NCBI GenBank assembly: GCA_963667035.1
Contig: OY762964.1
Location: 546,815 to 610,814 of the forward strand
Source: Candidatus Cloacimonadales bacterium
GTDB lineage: Bacteria > Cloacimonadota > Cloacimonadia > Cloacimonadales > JAFGVF01
Reading direction: 5' to 3'
DNA: 64,000 bases
The position numbers were made by a program, and so were the translations under genes. The notes beneath the pieces were generated by a model. It was not told the DNA's origin. It searched no databases and saw nothing but the letters and a program-made list of their open reading frames with translations. Of this stretch, positions 29,524 through 39,573 are shown in pieces. The number at the start of each line of letters is the position of its first letter. Position 1 is the stretch's first letter.

Positions 29524-30759
29524 TCAGTATTTACCGATAACTATTGCAGAGTTTTGTCCACCAAATCCTAGAGAATTACTTATAGCATAAGTTATTTTAT
29601 GGTCTATAGATTTACCTTGTACATAATCAAGGTCACATTCCGGATCCGGATTGATAAGGTTTGCGGTTAAGTGAACTTTTTGATCATTAATTGACTTAAC
29701 ACAAACGATTGCTTCCATAGCTGCGGCAGCACCTAACATATGTCCAACCATTGATTTTGTTGAACTAATTTTTACTGTATAAGCATGGTCACCAAAAACA
29801 CTCTTTATTGCTCTTGTTTCTGTAACATCATTTAAAGGTGTTGAGGTCCCATGTGCGTTAATATAATCAATATCTTCAGGTTTCAGTCCTGCATCAGAAA
29901 TAGCCATTTGCATAGCTCTGGTACTACCTTCTCCAGATTCAGTTGGAGCGGTAATATGATATGCATCTGCAGTAGCACCATATCCCAAAAGTTCTGCATA
30001 TATCTTTGCTCCACGAGCTTTGGCATGTTCAAGCTCTTCAAGAACAAGAACAGCTGCACCTTCAGAGATAACAAATCCGTCTCTATCTTTATCAAATGGT
30101 CTACTTGAAGTAGCAGGATCATCATTTCTGGTAGAGAGTGCTTTCATGGATGAGAAACCACCTACAGCCATTGGAGAGACAGAAGCCTCACAGCCTGTAG
30201 TTAAAACCAGGTCAGCGTCACCGTACTGAATAGAACGGAAAGCTGTTCCAATCGCATGATTAGAACTTGCACAAGCAGACACAACGTTAAAGTTGATACC
30301 TTTAAGATTGTGCTCAATTGATATGTGAGCAGATGCTATATTAGATATCATTTTTGGGATAAAAAACGGACTGATACGTCTAGGTCCTTTCAGAACCTTC
30401 TTTTCGACTTCTTCTTCAAATGTATGAATTCCACCAATTCCTGCACCGGTAATGCATCCAAATCTGTCAGGATTGTAGTCACAGTTCTTTAATCCTGAAT
30501 CTTTCATTGCCTGACGAGCAGCAACTACCGCGTACTGGGCATATAAGTCTATTTTTTTTACTTCTTTAGCATCAAAATGGTCTATTGGATCATAACCGTT
30601 TATCTGGGCAGCGAATTTGACTCCAAATTTTTCGGTATCAAATCTTTCGATATTTCTTATACCTACTTTCCCGGACAAGAGGTTTGCCCATGTTTCATCA
30701 ACACTATTTCCTACAGGGTTTATGGTTCCTAATCCTGTAATAACAACTCTTCTTTTCAT
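29524..30759 (-). CDS. fabF: 3-oxoacyl-ACP synthase II
   Basis: 411 aa with the active-site Cys in VVSACASSNHAIG, the His motifs INAHGTSTP and KSMVGHMLGAAA, and the C-terminus GFGGQNSAIV. Confidence 0.95.
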   Translation of the reverse strand: MKRRVVITGLGTINPVGNSVDETWANLLSGKVGIRNIERFDTEKFGVKFAAQINGYDPIDHFDAKEVKKIDLYAQYAVVAARQAMKDSGLKNCDYNPDRFGCITGAGIGGIHTFEEEVEKKVLKGPRRISPFFIPKMISNIASAHISIEHNLKGINFNVVSACASSNHAIGTAFRSIQYGDADLVLTTGCEASVSPMAVGGFSSMKALSTRNDDPATSSRPFDKDRDGFVISEGAAVLVLEELEHAKARGAKIYAELLGYGATADAYHITAPTESGEGSTRAMQMAISDAGLKPEDIDYINAHGTSTPLNDVTETRAIKSVFGDHAYTVKISSTKSMVGHMLGAAAAMEAIVCVKSINDQKVHLTANLINPDPECDLDYVQGKSIDHKITYAISNSLGFGGQNSAIVIGKY

Positions 30760-30785
30760 AAAAACCTCTGTTCATTAATGTGTAG

Positions 30786-30825
30786 AAAATAAAAGGTTGC
30801 TCAAATGTTGCCATCCGAACAACCT
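30786..30825 (-). terminator. Hairpin plus T-run after acpP (possible partial terminator or attenuator)
   Basis: On the minus strand, AGGTTG...CAACCT is followed by TTTTATTTTC. It lies between acpP and fabF. Confidence 0.4.
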
Positions 30826-30838
30826 CAAATATCTAAGA

Positions 30839-31075
30839 TTAACCGTTAAGTTTTGATGTAAGATAACTGACAGCTTGACCAACAGTGCGAAGTTTGTCCT
30901 GATCTTCTTCAGGGATTTCGATATCGAATTTGTCTTCAAACTTCATTACAAGCTCAACTGTATCTAATGAATCTGCACCTAAATCATCGATGAAATTAGC
31001 TTCATCAGTGATTTGACTTTCATCTACGTTAAGTTCTTCCATTATGATTTTTTTTACTTCTTGTGCGATATCCAT
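30839..31075 (-). CDS. acpP: Acyl carrier protein
   Basis: 78 aa with the phosphopantetheine attachment motif [13 protein letters not shown]. Confidence 0.95.
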   Translation of the reverse strand: MDIAQEVKKIIMEELNVDESQITDEANFIDDLGADSLDTVELVMKFEDKFDIEIPEEDQDKLRTVGQAVSYLTSKLNG

Positions 31076-31099
31076 TATATCCTCCTAAGTTTTATACTT

Positions 31100-31846
31100 C
31101 TAGATTATAAGGCCACCGTCAACATTGATGACTTGACCTGTTATATATTCTGCTTCATCAGAAGCAAGGAATAAACATAAATCCGCAACATTCTTCACTG
31201 AGCCCATTCTACTTAATGGTATGGCTTTTGCATATTCAGCGATAACGTTCTCACCGAGATTCTCCGTCATCTCGGTTTCAATAAATCCCGGAGCTACTGC
31301 ATTTACTCTTATACCTCTTGAGGCAAATTCTTTAGCAGTAGATTTGGTTAAAGCAATAACTCCACCTTTTGAGGCAGCGTAATTAGCCTGACCTGCATTT
31401 CCCATAACACCAATAACCGAGGCGATATTAACAATAACGCCTGATTTTTGTTTTAAAAGATAACGACTAAGCTTCTGAGTACAAATAAAAGTTCCTTTCA
31501 GATTTACGGCAATGACTGTATCCCAATCGGATTCTTTCATTCTCATTATAAGGTTATCTTTAGTGATACCGGCGTTATTTACTAAAATATCTATGTGACC
31601 ATGTTTAGCACTTACTTCTTTGAAGATGTCTGCTATAGTATCTCCATCAGTCACATTGGCAGCATATCCTTCAGCTTTGTAACCTAAATCGGTTAACTTC
31701 TTAACTGCTTCATCAATAGATTCTTGCATCAAATCAAGAATAACTATTAAAGCACCTTCTTCAGCAAAGCGTTGTGCTATTCCAAAGCCTATGCCACGAG
31801 CACTTCCGGTTATTACTGCTACTTTATCTTTTAATCTATTCTGCAT
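31100..31846 (-). CDS. fabG: 3-oxoacyl-ACP reductase
   Basis: 248 aa SDR with TGSARGIG, NNAG and YAASK motifs. It sits within the fab operon. Confidence 0.95.
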   Translation of the reverse strand: MQNRLKDKVAVITGSARGIGFGIAQRFAEEGALIVILDLMQESIDEAVKKLTDLGYKAEGYAANVTDGDTIADIFKEVSAKHGHIDILVNNAGITKDNLIMRMKESDWDTVIAVNLKGTFICTQKLSRYLLKQKSGVIVNIASVIGVMGNAGQANYAASKGGVIALTKSTAKEFASRGIRVNAVAPGFIETEMTENLGENVIAEYAKAIPLSRMGSVKNVADLCLFLASDEAEYITGQVINVDGGLII

Positions 31847-32792
31847 TGTTTAATCCTTCTAAAACTGTGTCTATATCTGAAAGTTTATCAACGTTATAAA
31901 CAATTGCATTCCTGTCTATTTTTTTTATCATACCACTAAGAACTTTGTTAGGTCCAAACTCAATAAATACTTTAACACCTTCGTTAACCATGCGAGTTAC
32001 ACAATCTACCCACAGTACAGAAGATGTTACTTGTTTTGTTAAGTTATCAACAATTTTCATTGGGTCGGTTGCCGGTAAGGCATCCACATTTGATACTACC
32101 GGAATATCGGTTGTATTGAATTGCATCTTAGTCATTTCTTCATTTAACCAGATACCGGCTTTCTCAATTAGCGGAGAGTGGAAAGGACCACCGACAACTA
32201 ACGGAACAGCTCTTTTAGCTCCATTAGCTTTACATATCTCTGCAGCTTTTTTTACACCTGCTTCACTACCTGATATAACGGTTTGTACCGGAGTATTAAA
32301 GTTAGCAGCTATTACTATCCCTTCACTTTGGGCTTCTTCACAGGCATTTTTTACACCTTCGGAGTCCATACCGATAATTGCATACATTGCATAGGGCTGA
32401 TCTCCGTTAGCATCAATCATGAATTGTCCTCTTTTATGAACAAGGTGTAATGCATCTTCAACCGATAAAACACCATTTGCAACTAATGCTGAGAACTCAC
32501 CTAATGAATGACCTGCAACGAAACCGGGTGTTATACCGCTTTTCTCTATGAAACTTTTCCAAGCACAGTAGCTATGAAATAAAATAGCAGGTTGTGTATA
32601 TTTTGTTTCTTTTAATTCGCTTTCAGGACCTTCAGCCATTATAGTAGCTAGTGTTGTTTCATGATTTGCATCAAAACTAGTTAAAATTTCTTGCAGTTCG
32701 GGATTTGCTTCTATAAAATCTGAAGCCATTCCAATATATTGAGCACCTTGTCCAGGAAAGACAAAAGCTATTTCTTCATTTGAAAGGTTCAT
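31836..32792 (-). CDS. fabD: Malonyl-CoA:ACP transacylase
   Basis: 318 aa with FPGQGAQ and the active-site motif GHSLGE. Confidence 0.95.
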   Translation of the reverse strand: MNLSNEEIAFVFPGQGAQYIGMASDFIEANPELQEILTSFDANHETTLATIMAEGPESELKETKYTQPAILFHSYCAWKSFIEKSGITPGFVAGHSLGEFSALVANGVLSVEDALHLVHKRGQFMIDANGDQPYAMYAIIGMDSEGVKNACEEAQSEGIVIAANFNTPVQTVISGSEAGVKKAAEICKANGAKRAVPLVVGGPFHSPLIEKAGIWLNEEMTKMQFNTTDIPVVSNVDALPATDPMKIVDNLTKQVTSSVLWVDCVTRMVNEGVKVFIEFGPNKVLSGMIKKIDRNAIVYNVDKLSDIDTVLEGLNNAE

Positions 32793-32801
32793 TTTTACTC
32801 C

Positions 32802-33797
32802 TTAATATCTAAAGAGAACACTACCCCAAGTTAATCCGGCTCCGAAGGAAACAATGTGAATTACATCTCCACGTCTTATCTTTCCCTCTTCAATTGCTTC
32901 GGAAATTGCAATAGGAATAGTAGCGGATGAAGTATTTGCATATTTTTCAATATTAACAATTACTTTATCCTTATTTATCTTCATTTTATTACCTAGACTT
33001 TCAATAATTCTCATGTTTGCCTGATGAGGAACTAACCAATCAAGATCATTGAAGTCCATGTTATTGCGTTTTATTATATTCTCACTCGTTGAATACATTG
33101 ATTTAACAGCCAATTTGAAAACTCGATTACCTTGCATTGAAACGGTATGCTTGTTTTCTCTTACAGTTTCTTCAGTTGCAGGTAATCTTGAACCACCGGC
33201 TTCCTGAACCAATAACTCATGATAGTTACCATCAGCAAGAATCTCAGAATCGATAATCTTGGAAGTTTCATTACTCTGAGCTCTGGAGATAATGGCTGCA
33301 CCGGCTCCGTCACCGAAAAGAACACAAGTGTTTCTATCTTTCCAGTTTAGGATTTTTGAGAGTATTTCTACTCCAATAACTAGTACATTCTGCTTTGTTC
33401 CGTTCTCCACGAATTGTCTGGCAATATCGGATGCATAGATGAATCCGGGGCATCCTGCCGAGATATCAAAAGCCGGTATCCCTTTCAACCCGAGATTGTT
33501 CTGTACAAAACAAGCTGTTGATGGGAAGGCATGATCGGGAGATATTGTTCCACAGATTATTAAATCTATGTCCTTATACTTAATATTTGAGTTTTCGATA
33601 CAGTTTTGGGCTGCTTTTGTTGCCAAGTCACTTGCTGCCTGCTCAGGAGCTGCAATTCTCCTTTCAAACATTCCTGTTCTAGTTCTGATCCATTCGTCAC
33701 TTGTATCAACTATTTTCTCAAGATCGTAGTTGTTTAAGATTTTCTCAGGAACATAACGTCCGAACGCAGTATACTTTGCTTTGTATTTCATATTCAC
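32802..33797 (-). CDS. fabH: 3-oxoacyl-ACP synthase III
   Basis: 331 aa with the active-site Cys in ISAGCPGFIYA, plus HQAN and GAGLTWG motifs. Confidence 0.95.
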   Translation of the reverse strand: MNMKYKAKYTAFGRYVPEKILNNYDLEKIVDTSDEWIRTRTGMFERRIAAPEQAASDLATKAAQNCIENSNIKYKDIDLIICGTISPDHAFPSTACFVQNNLGLKGIPAFDISAGCPGFIYASDIARQFVENGTKQNVLVIGVEILSKILNWKDRNTCVLFGDGAGAAIISRAQSNETSKIIDSEILADGNYHELLVQEAGGSRLPATEETVRENKHTVSMQGNRVFKLAVKSMYSTSENIIKRNNMDFNDLDWLVPHQANMRIIESLGNKMKINKDKVIVNIEKYANTSSATIPIAISEAIEEGKIRRGDVIHIVSFGAGLTWGSVLFRY

Positions 33798-34789
33798 TGC
33801 CTTTCAAAATAATCGATAGAATGCTTAACGAAACCTGAATTTACTATTCTGGTTGCATATTTTATCGCATTCTTAATTGACAAGGCGTTTGAACTGCCAT
33901 GTCCGATTATCGTTATACCTCTTACTCCAACAAGGAGTGAACCACCGTATTCCGTGTGGTCTAATCGTTTTTTTAGATATGCATAAGCGGGGAAAGAAAG
34001 CAATGCACCTATCTTTGCTATCCAGTCTTTAGCAATCTGTTCTTTTATTATTTTGAGTACAGATAACACTGAACCTTCAAATGTCTTTAGCATTACATTT
34101 CCAACAAATCCATCACATACAATTACATCCGTTCCACCCTGAAGCAGATATTTACCTTCTATGTTTCCATGAAAGTTTATCCTTTCCTCATTGGATAGTA
34201 GCTCGTATGTCCGCTTAACAAGATCATTTCCTTTCTCAGCTTCTTCTCCTATATTGAGTAATGATACTCGAGGAGATTTAGTGTGAAAGAAATACTGACT
34301 ATATAAGGTTCCTAAAAGGGCAAATTGCTGAAGATGCTCAGGGGCACAATCAACGTTAGCTCCCACATCCAGTAAAATGACAGGGTTTTCAGTAGTTGGA
34401 AATACAACTGCTAAAGCAGGGCGCATAATGTTTTTTATACGCTTATATGCGAATAGAGATGCACTCATAACCGCACCGGTATTGCCGGCACTTACAGCTG
34501 CATCTGCAATCCCTTCTTTATGTAATTCTACTGTACGAACCAGAGAAGAGTCTTTTTTCTTTCTGACAGAGCTTGCCGCTTTGTCACTCATCTCGATTCG
34601 CTCTGATGCCGGAATTATCTCAATTCTGGACTTATCATAAAAATACTTTTCCAACTCTTTGGCTAATACTTCTTCCTTACCAACTAGGAATATCTTATCA
34701 CAAATATTCTCCCTAATAGCAAGAACCGCACCCTCCACTTCAGGATAAGGTGCGTGATCACTGCCAAATGCGTCTAAAGCTATTTGCAT
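33794..34789 (-). CDS. plsX: Phosphate acyltransferase PlsX
   Basis: 331 aa. The N-terminus is MQIALDAFGSDHAP, with SAGNTGA and VCDGFVGN motifs. rpmF-plsX-fabH synteny is classical. Confidence 0.95.
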   Translation of the reverse strand: MQIALDAFGSDHAPYPEVEGAVLAIRENICDKIFLVGKEEVLAKELEKYFYDKSRIEIIPASERIEMSDKAASSVRKKKDSSLVRTVELHKEGIADAAVSAGNTGAVMSASLFAYKRIKNIMRPALAVVFPTTENPVILLDVGANVDCAPEHLQQFALLGTLYSQYFFHTKSPRVSLLNIGEEAEKGNDLVKRTYELLSNEERINFHGNIEGKYLLQGGTDVIVCDGFVGNVMLKTFEGSVLSVLKIIKEQIAKDWIAKIGALLSFPAYAYLKKRLDHTEYGGSLLVGVRGITIIGHGSSNALSIKNAIKYATRIVNSGFVKHSIDYFERQ

Positions 34790-34791
34790 CC

Positions 34792-34977
34792 TTATTTTTC
34801 ACTCTTTATCTCAATTACCTGCTTTCCTTTATAAAATCCGCATGCTTTACAAACATTATGTGGTTTGAATGCTTCTCCACAATTTGGACATATACTGAAG
34901 GCAGGAGCTGAAATCTTATAGTGAGTACGCCTTTTATCTCTACGTGTCTTAGATGTTTTCCGTTTAGGTACTGGCAT
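34792..34977 (-). CDS. rpmF: 50S ribosomal protein L32
   Basis: 61 aa with [17 protein letters not shown] and the zinc-ribbon cysteines CPNCGE...CKACG. Confidence 0.95.
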   Translation of the reverse strand: MPVPKRKTSKTRRDKRRTHYKISAPAFSICPNCGEAFKPHNVCKACGFYKGKQVIEIKSEK

Positions 34978-35036
34978 GATGTCTCCTTATTTATATCTTA
35001 CTTATCTATCTTACTCATTAAAGACAATTTCAGCAC

Positions 35037-35064
35037 AAATTATTTTGACCGTCCCATGTGTCAA
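35037..35064 (-). promoter_or_regulatory. Candidate sigma-70-type promoter for the rpmF-plsX-fab operon
   Basis: The minus strand reads TTGACA (35064->35059), 16 nt, then TAATTT (35042->35037), about 55 nt upstream of the rpmF ATG. Confidence 0.35.
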
Positions 35065-35330
35065 GAACTTTAAATAAGTACTTCTCTCGAATACTATTAG
35101 AACTTTTCTGTCACTAATAGGACAATCCTATGACATTTAAGACAAAATATTATGTAGGATATATATTCACTACTATGTTTCAACTATTTCTCTGTTAAAT
35201 GAAACAAATTCATTATTGACGTCAAGAGTTTTTCCATTCAATTTCCATAGCTTTATCACTGAGCTCTATCATTCATAGTTTTTTACTATGCCTTTATTCT
35301 GCAATAAACAATAGATTTCTCTTATTACTA

Positions 35331-36236
35331 CTAGAGTTTTTTAAATCCTGTACCTAATGTCTCGTGAACATCACTTATCGTTACAAAGGCTTTAGTATCT
35401 ATATTTTTAAGGATGCTTTTAACTTTAGGAATTTCTCTTCTATTGATTACAGTATATACAATTTCTTTTTTGCTCTCACTAAATGAGCCCTTTCCATAGA
35501 ATATAGTGCAACCTCGATGAAGTTCTGTCATTATTGATTTTCTTACGGGTGTAGATTTATCAGTAACAATCATTACTCCTTTAGAATAAGAAAAGCCTTC
35601 TAATACTAGATCACATATTTTTGAGCTAACAACTAATGAAAGCAAACCCCAAAAAAATAAATTTGGATTCTTAAAAATTGTCCCTATTACAAATATAATG
35701 AAAGTATCTATGATTAAATATGAGTTTCCTATAGTAAATCCAAAATACTTTCTCATCAGTAATGCAGGAATATCTGTTCCCCCAGTTGATCCGTTGAATT
35801 TTATAACCAAACCAAACCCAGCGCCGACTATAACAGAACCGGCCATTATAGCCAGAAAAGGTTCATTAGAAAGAGACCATGCTCTATCATTGATTTTAAA
35901 AAGATAATCCCTTAGAAAAAATACCTTTATCATGTTTCTTGAGGAGAAAAAATCCGTAAAAAAAGTCAACGAAAACATTCCTACTATTGTTTTAATTCCA
36001 AATTGTTTACCAAAAGCAATCAACCCAACAATAAACAGGGGAATATTTATCATTAACATACTTATCCCTGCTGGAAACTGAAATAAATAATAAAAGATTT
36101 GAGCTATACCACCAACTCCACCTGGTGATGATTTATAAGGTATAAGAAACAGAGAAAAGCCGATTCCGCAAAGAATAGTTCCAATTATAATGCCAATTGC
36201 ATCTTTAATAAAACCAAAGTTAATTTTCACAAGCAC
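35331..36236 (-). CDS. YitT-family membrane protein (with DUF2179 C-terminal domain)
   Basis: 301 aa with multiple TM helices. It has GGTGG-type motifs (SSPGGVGGIAQI, GSTGGTDIPA) and a soluble C-terminal domain. Confidence 0.8.
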   Translation of the reverse strand: MLVKINFGFIKDAIGIIIGTILCGIGFSLFLIPYKSSPGGVGGIAQIFYYLFQFPAGISMLMINIPLFIVGLIAFGKQFGIKTIVGMFSLTFFTDFFSSRNMIKVFFLRDYLFKINDRAWSLSNEPFLAIMAGSVIVGAGFGLVIKFNGSTGGTDIPALLMRKYFGFTIGNSYLIIDTFIIFVIGTIFKNPNLFFWGLLSLVVSSKICDLVLEGFSYSKGVMIVTDKSTPVRKSIMTELHRGCTIFYGKGSFSESKKEIVYTVINRREIPKVKSILKNIDTKAFVTISDVHETLGTGFKKL

Positions 36237-36323
36237 CTCTTGCTTTTTAAAAGTAAAATGTTTAATAGTAATAATAAACTAAGAATGTTGAAATATCTAT
36301 TTGCTAACACTTGATTCAAAAAA

Positions 36324-36509
36324 TCAAAGTTTATCAATCAACATCTGTTTTTGAGCTTTAGCTTTTTTCTCAGAATCAAACTTATAGGATAATATTTTGT
36401 TATCTTTCGTTACTACATCAAAAACATAAAGCCATCCTGTGTGATAAAAGACTTCATATATCTCTGAGACATTGACAATTTTTCCTATATCTATGTTTTC
36501 AATCTTCAT
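36324..36509 (-). CDS. Small hypothetical protein (61 aa), last gene of the riboswitch-controlled operon
   Basis: Its start overlaps the EamA stop by 4 nt, which suggests translational coupling. I recognised no motif. Confidence 0.35.
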   Translation of the reverse strand: MKIENIDIGKIVNVSEIYEVFYHTGWLYVFDVVTKDNKILSYKFDSEKKAKAQKQMLIDKL

Positions 36510-37426
36510 TGTTTATTCCTCACTGAAAGTCTTTTTTTTATCATAACTGTTTTTTTTACAATAGTCTCTATATTTATACCCATTATGACTAATGCGATTC
36601 CCAAGAATTGACCAATATATATAGTCTCATGAAACATAATAAAAGCCAGTATTGAAACTATTACAGGTTTTAGAAAAAAGAGTATAGCTCCGGTAGTAGT
36701 TGGAACACTCTTCAATCCTTCAAAATATGAAAGATAAGCTAAACCAGAGACAAAAATCCCTAAGTAAACTATTGTAATTACATTAAACCATGTAATCTCA
36801 AATGTAACATCTACTTTCGAGATTAATGCTATCATACCTAAAACTATGCTACCTATTATAAATGAGATAGTATTGGTAACGACATTACCGTGTTTTTTTA
36901 CATTCTTTTTTGAGAGTATAGTATATAGTCCAAATGAGAAAGAAGCTACACAACCGAATATAATCCCTAATAAAGGATTAAGAGCTTTACTTTCCTGGAA
37001 AGACTCATATCCAATAATTGTAATTACACCAATAATTCCAACTATGATTCCAATTATTTTAACAAATGATAAACTCTCTTTCAATATGTATTTAGCTAGT
37101 ATTGCTACAAACACAGGATTTGCACTTATAAGAATTGCACTTAATGATGCCTCTCCATAGTAAACAGCTAATTGTAAAGATAGCATTGATATGACAATAT
37201 TGATTATGCCAAGAAGAGATAAGGAGAACATATCTTTAAAACTGAGCGTTGCTTCCTTGTTTATTATTTTTTTTAAACAAAGAGGTAGCATTATGATACC
37301 TCCAAGCATAAATCTATAAATAGTAATTCCAATTGGAGAAATGCTATCTCCCAAAAGTTTGCTTGTTAACTCCAATGTAGAGAATAGGAACACAGCAACT
37401 AGAATAAATAAGTAACTCATTAACAA
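36506..37426 (-). CDS. EamA/DMT-family transporter
   Basis: 306 aa with about 10 TM helices in two EamA-like halves. Its start overlaps the ligase gene stop by 7 nt. Confidence 0.85.
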   Translation of the reverse strand: MLMSYLFILVAVFLFSTLELTSKLLGDSISPIGITIYRFMLGGIIMLPLCLKKIINKEATLSFKDMFSLSLLGIINIVISMLSLQLAVYYGEASLSAILISANPVFVAILAKYILKESLSFVKIIGIIVGIIGVITIIGYESFQESKALNPLLGIIFGCVASFSFGLYTILSKKNVKKHGNVVTNTISFIIGSIVLGMIALISKVDVTFEITWFNVITIVYLGIFVSGLAYLSYFEGLKSVPTTTGAILFFLKPVIVSILAFIMFHETIYIGQFLGIALVIMGINIETIVKKTVMIKKRLSVRNKQ

Positions 37427-39438
37427 TTCTCCAACTGATTTATAATCTTGTATATATCTGAAGGTAACTCAGCTATCATGCACCCTGCATTCTTGAGTAT
37501 TTCTTTTTTATACTGTACTGTCGATTTCTCACTATTAATGATTGCACCTGCATGTCCCATTTTGGAACCTTTAGGAGCAGAATCTCCTGCAAAAAAAGCA
37601 ATTAAAGGTTTTGTTTTGTTAATTGATTTTATCAGATTTGCTAATTTTTCTTCCTCCTCTCCACCACCTATCTCTCCTATATAGACTATATAATCACTCT
37701 CTTTAGAATTTAATAGGAATGTAACTGTATCAATCACAGAGGTTCCTGATATTGGATCACCACCTAATCCGATAGCAGTTGAAACTCCTTTAGTATTATT
37801 ACTGATCTCATTTGCAATTTCATAGAGTAGTGTTCCGCTTTTTGACATTATTGCAACATTTCCCTTTTTAAGAATCTTACCAGGAATGATACCTAGATTC
37901 GCTTCATTTACTCGTATTATCCCAGGACAATTAGGTCCTATAATCCTAGCACCTTTTTCATACGCATAATGAACCATTTCCATAGTATCATGAATAGGCA
38001 CATGTTCTGTAATTATAACTATCAAATTTACTCCAGCGTCAATTGCTTCAATAGTTGCGGATTTTACATGAGGAGCGGGAACAAACAATACAGTTGCATC
38101 AACATGAGTGTTTGCAGTAACTTCTTTTACTGAGTTATAAATTGTAACACCATGTATTGTTTCCCCTCCACGACCAGGAGTAACACCAGCTACTATCTTA
38201 GTACCATATTCTAGCATTTTTTTTGCATGATATGAGCCATATTTCCCTGAAATGCCTTGCACAATTACTTTAGAATCTCTGGATACAAAGAATTGAGAAT
38301 CATGCTTTTGCGATATTTCTACTGCCTTGCGGGCTGCTCTTTCCATACTATTATAAGCAAAGATACCATTTTCTTTAAGCATTGAAATTGCTATATCAGA
38401 ATTGTTTCCCATCATTCTTATAATCATCGGTAGTGAGTTTATATTCGTAGAGCGATACTCTATAATTGCTTCAGCAATCTTGTCACAAAATGTTATTCCT
38501 CCAAAAATATTTACGAAGATACAATTGATTTTACTATTAGAGTTTAACAGTTTAAGAGCGTTTAAAGTAATTTCTTTAGTTGCTCCACCACCTAAATCCA
38601 AGAAATTAGCAGGTGTACCGTTAAATTTTTTTATCATATCCATTGAAGCCATTACTATACCTGCTCCACATCCCATTATCCCAATACTTCCGTCTAGTTC
38701 AAGATAATGTGAACCGAAATGATTCGAACCATCAAAATACAATTGATTCATTGAAAGATTCTCTAGTTCGGCAAAAAGTTCTTCATGTCTAAACTTTGCT
38801 GATTCATCTATATCTATAACACAATCAAGGCAAATTGGTGTATCTTCTTTATCAAATACAAATGGATTGATTTCTAAAAGAGTGGCATCGATAGATAAGA
38901 ATACTTGCTTTATCAATACTGCAAACTCAATAAATTTGTTTAACTTTTTTTTATTGGGGAAGAAACAAAATGTGTTATCCATTAATTGTCTTTTAAACAC
39001 TTCATTTTTTATACTTACTTGTAAAGTAATTATGCTTTCAGGATTATCTGATGCTACTTTTTCAATATCAACACCACCAAAAGGAGAGAAAATTGCAGTT
39101 AAGCTCTTCGAAGCTCTGTCAATTAACATACAAAAATAATACTCTTGCTCTATATTAATAGACTCTTCAACTAATATGCCTACAGATCTTTCACCTTTAA
39201 ACTCTTGGTTTATAATCCAATTACACATTTCTTCAAACTTTGATGTATCATCTAGTAATTGAACTAGATTTGCTTTACCTCTTCCTCCTGCTAGAACTTG
39301 ACTCTTGAGTACTACTGGGAAACTAAAAGGGATTTTTGAATAATCAAACAGCTCCCCTTCTTTAAAGAAGTGATTTCGAGGAATAGTTAAATTGTGCTCT
39401 TCTAGAATTTTTTTTGATTGGAATTCATGAATCTTCAT
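37420..39438 (-). CDS. Fused succinyl-CoA-synthetase-like ligase (SucC-like ATP-grasp beta part + SucD-like CoA-binding alpha part in one polypeptide)
   Basis: 672 aa. The N-terminus (MKIHEFQSKKILEEH..., VVLKSQVLAGGRGKA, NIFGGI) is SucC-like. From about residue 385 (KVIVQGISGKYGSYHAKKMLEYGTKIVAGVTPG, IGPNCPGII, SKSGTL, phosphohistidine loop MGHAGAII) it is SucD-like. Confidence 0.75.
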   Translation of the reverse strand: MKIHEFQSKKILEEHNLTIPRNHFFKEGELFDYSKIPFSFPVVLKSQVLAGGRGKANLVQLLDDTSKFEEMCNWIINQEFKGERSVGILVEESINIEQEYYFCMLIDRASKSLTAIFSPFGGVDIEKVASDNPESIITLQVSIKNEVFKRQLMDNTFCFFPNKKKLNKFIEFAVLIKQVFLSIDATLLEINPFVFDKEDTPICLDCVIDIDESAKFRHEELFAELENLSMNQLYFDGSNHFGSHYLELDGSIGIMGCGAGIVMASMDMIKKFNGTPANFLDLGGGATKEITLNALKLLNSNSKINCIFVNIFGGITFCDKIAEAIIEYRSTNINSLPMIIRMMGNNSDIAISMLKENGIFAYNSMERAARKAVEISQKHDSQFFVSRDSKVIVQGISGKYGSYHAKKMLEYGTKIVAGVTPGRGGETIHGVTIYNSVKEVTANTHVDATVLFVPAPHVKSATIEAIDAGVNLIVIITEHVPIHDTMEMVHYAYEKGARIIGPNCPGIIRVNEANLGIIPGKILKKGNVAIMSKSGTLLYEIANEISNNTKGVSTAIGLGGDPISGTSVIDTVTFLLNSKESDYIVYIGEIGGGEEEEKLANLIKSINKTKPLIAFFAGDSAPKGSKMGHAGAIINSEKSTVQYKKEILKNAGCMIAELPSDIYKIINQLENC

Positions 39439-39444
39439 TATTAT

Positions 39445-39467
39445 CTCCTTAATTTCATATTAAGGAG
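39445..39467 (-). promoter_or_regulatory. Shine-Dalgarno-sequestering hairpin of the riboswitch expression platform
   Basis: The minus strand forms CTCCTTAAT-ATGAA-ATTAAGGAG. The 3' arm contains the AAGGAG SD, which lies 6 nt before the ATG at 39438. GGAGGG at 39541->39536 could compete for CCCTCC at 39469->39464. Confidence 0.5.
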
Positions 39468-39573
39468 GGTTAGAGTAACCTATGTGAATAGTAATAGAGA
39501 AGTATTACCCCTTATCCACAAGCGTCATACACTTTCCCTCCGAAAGTAATTCCGTACAGATTTAAATCTGTAT

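Noticed and set aside
39512-39520. Perfect DnaA-box consensus TTATCCACA
   Set aside because: It is a single copy with no cluster of boxes and no AT-rich unwinding element or dnaA/dnaN context. A 9-mer is expected by chance about 0.5 times in this window, and it lies inside the riboswitch expression platform.
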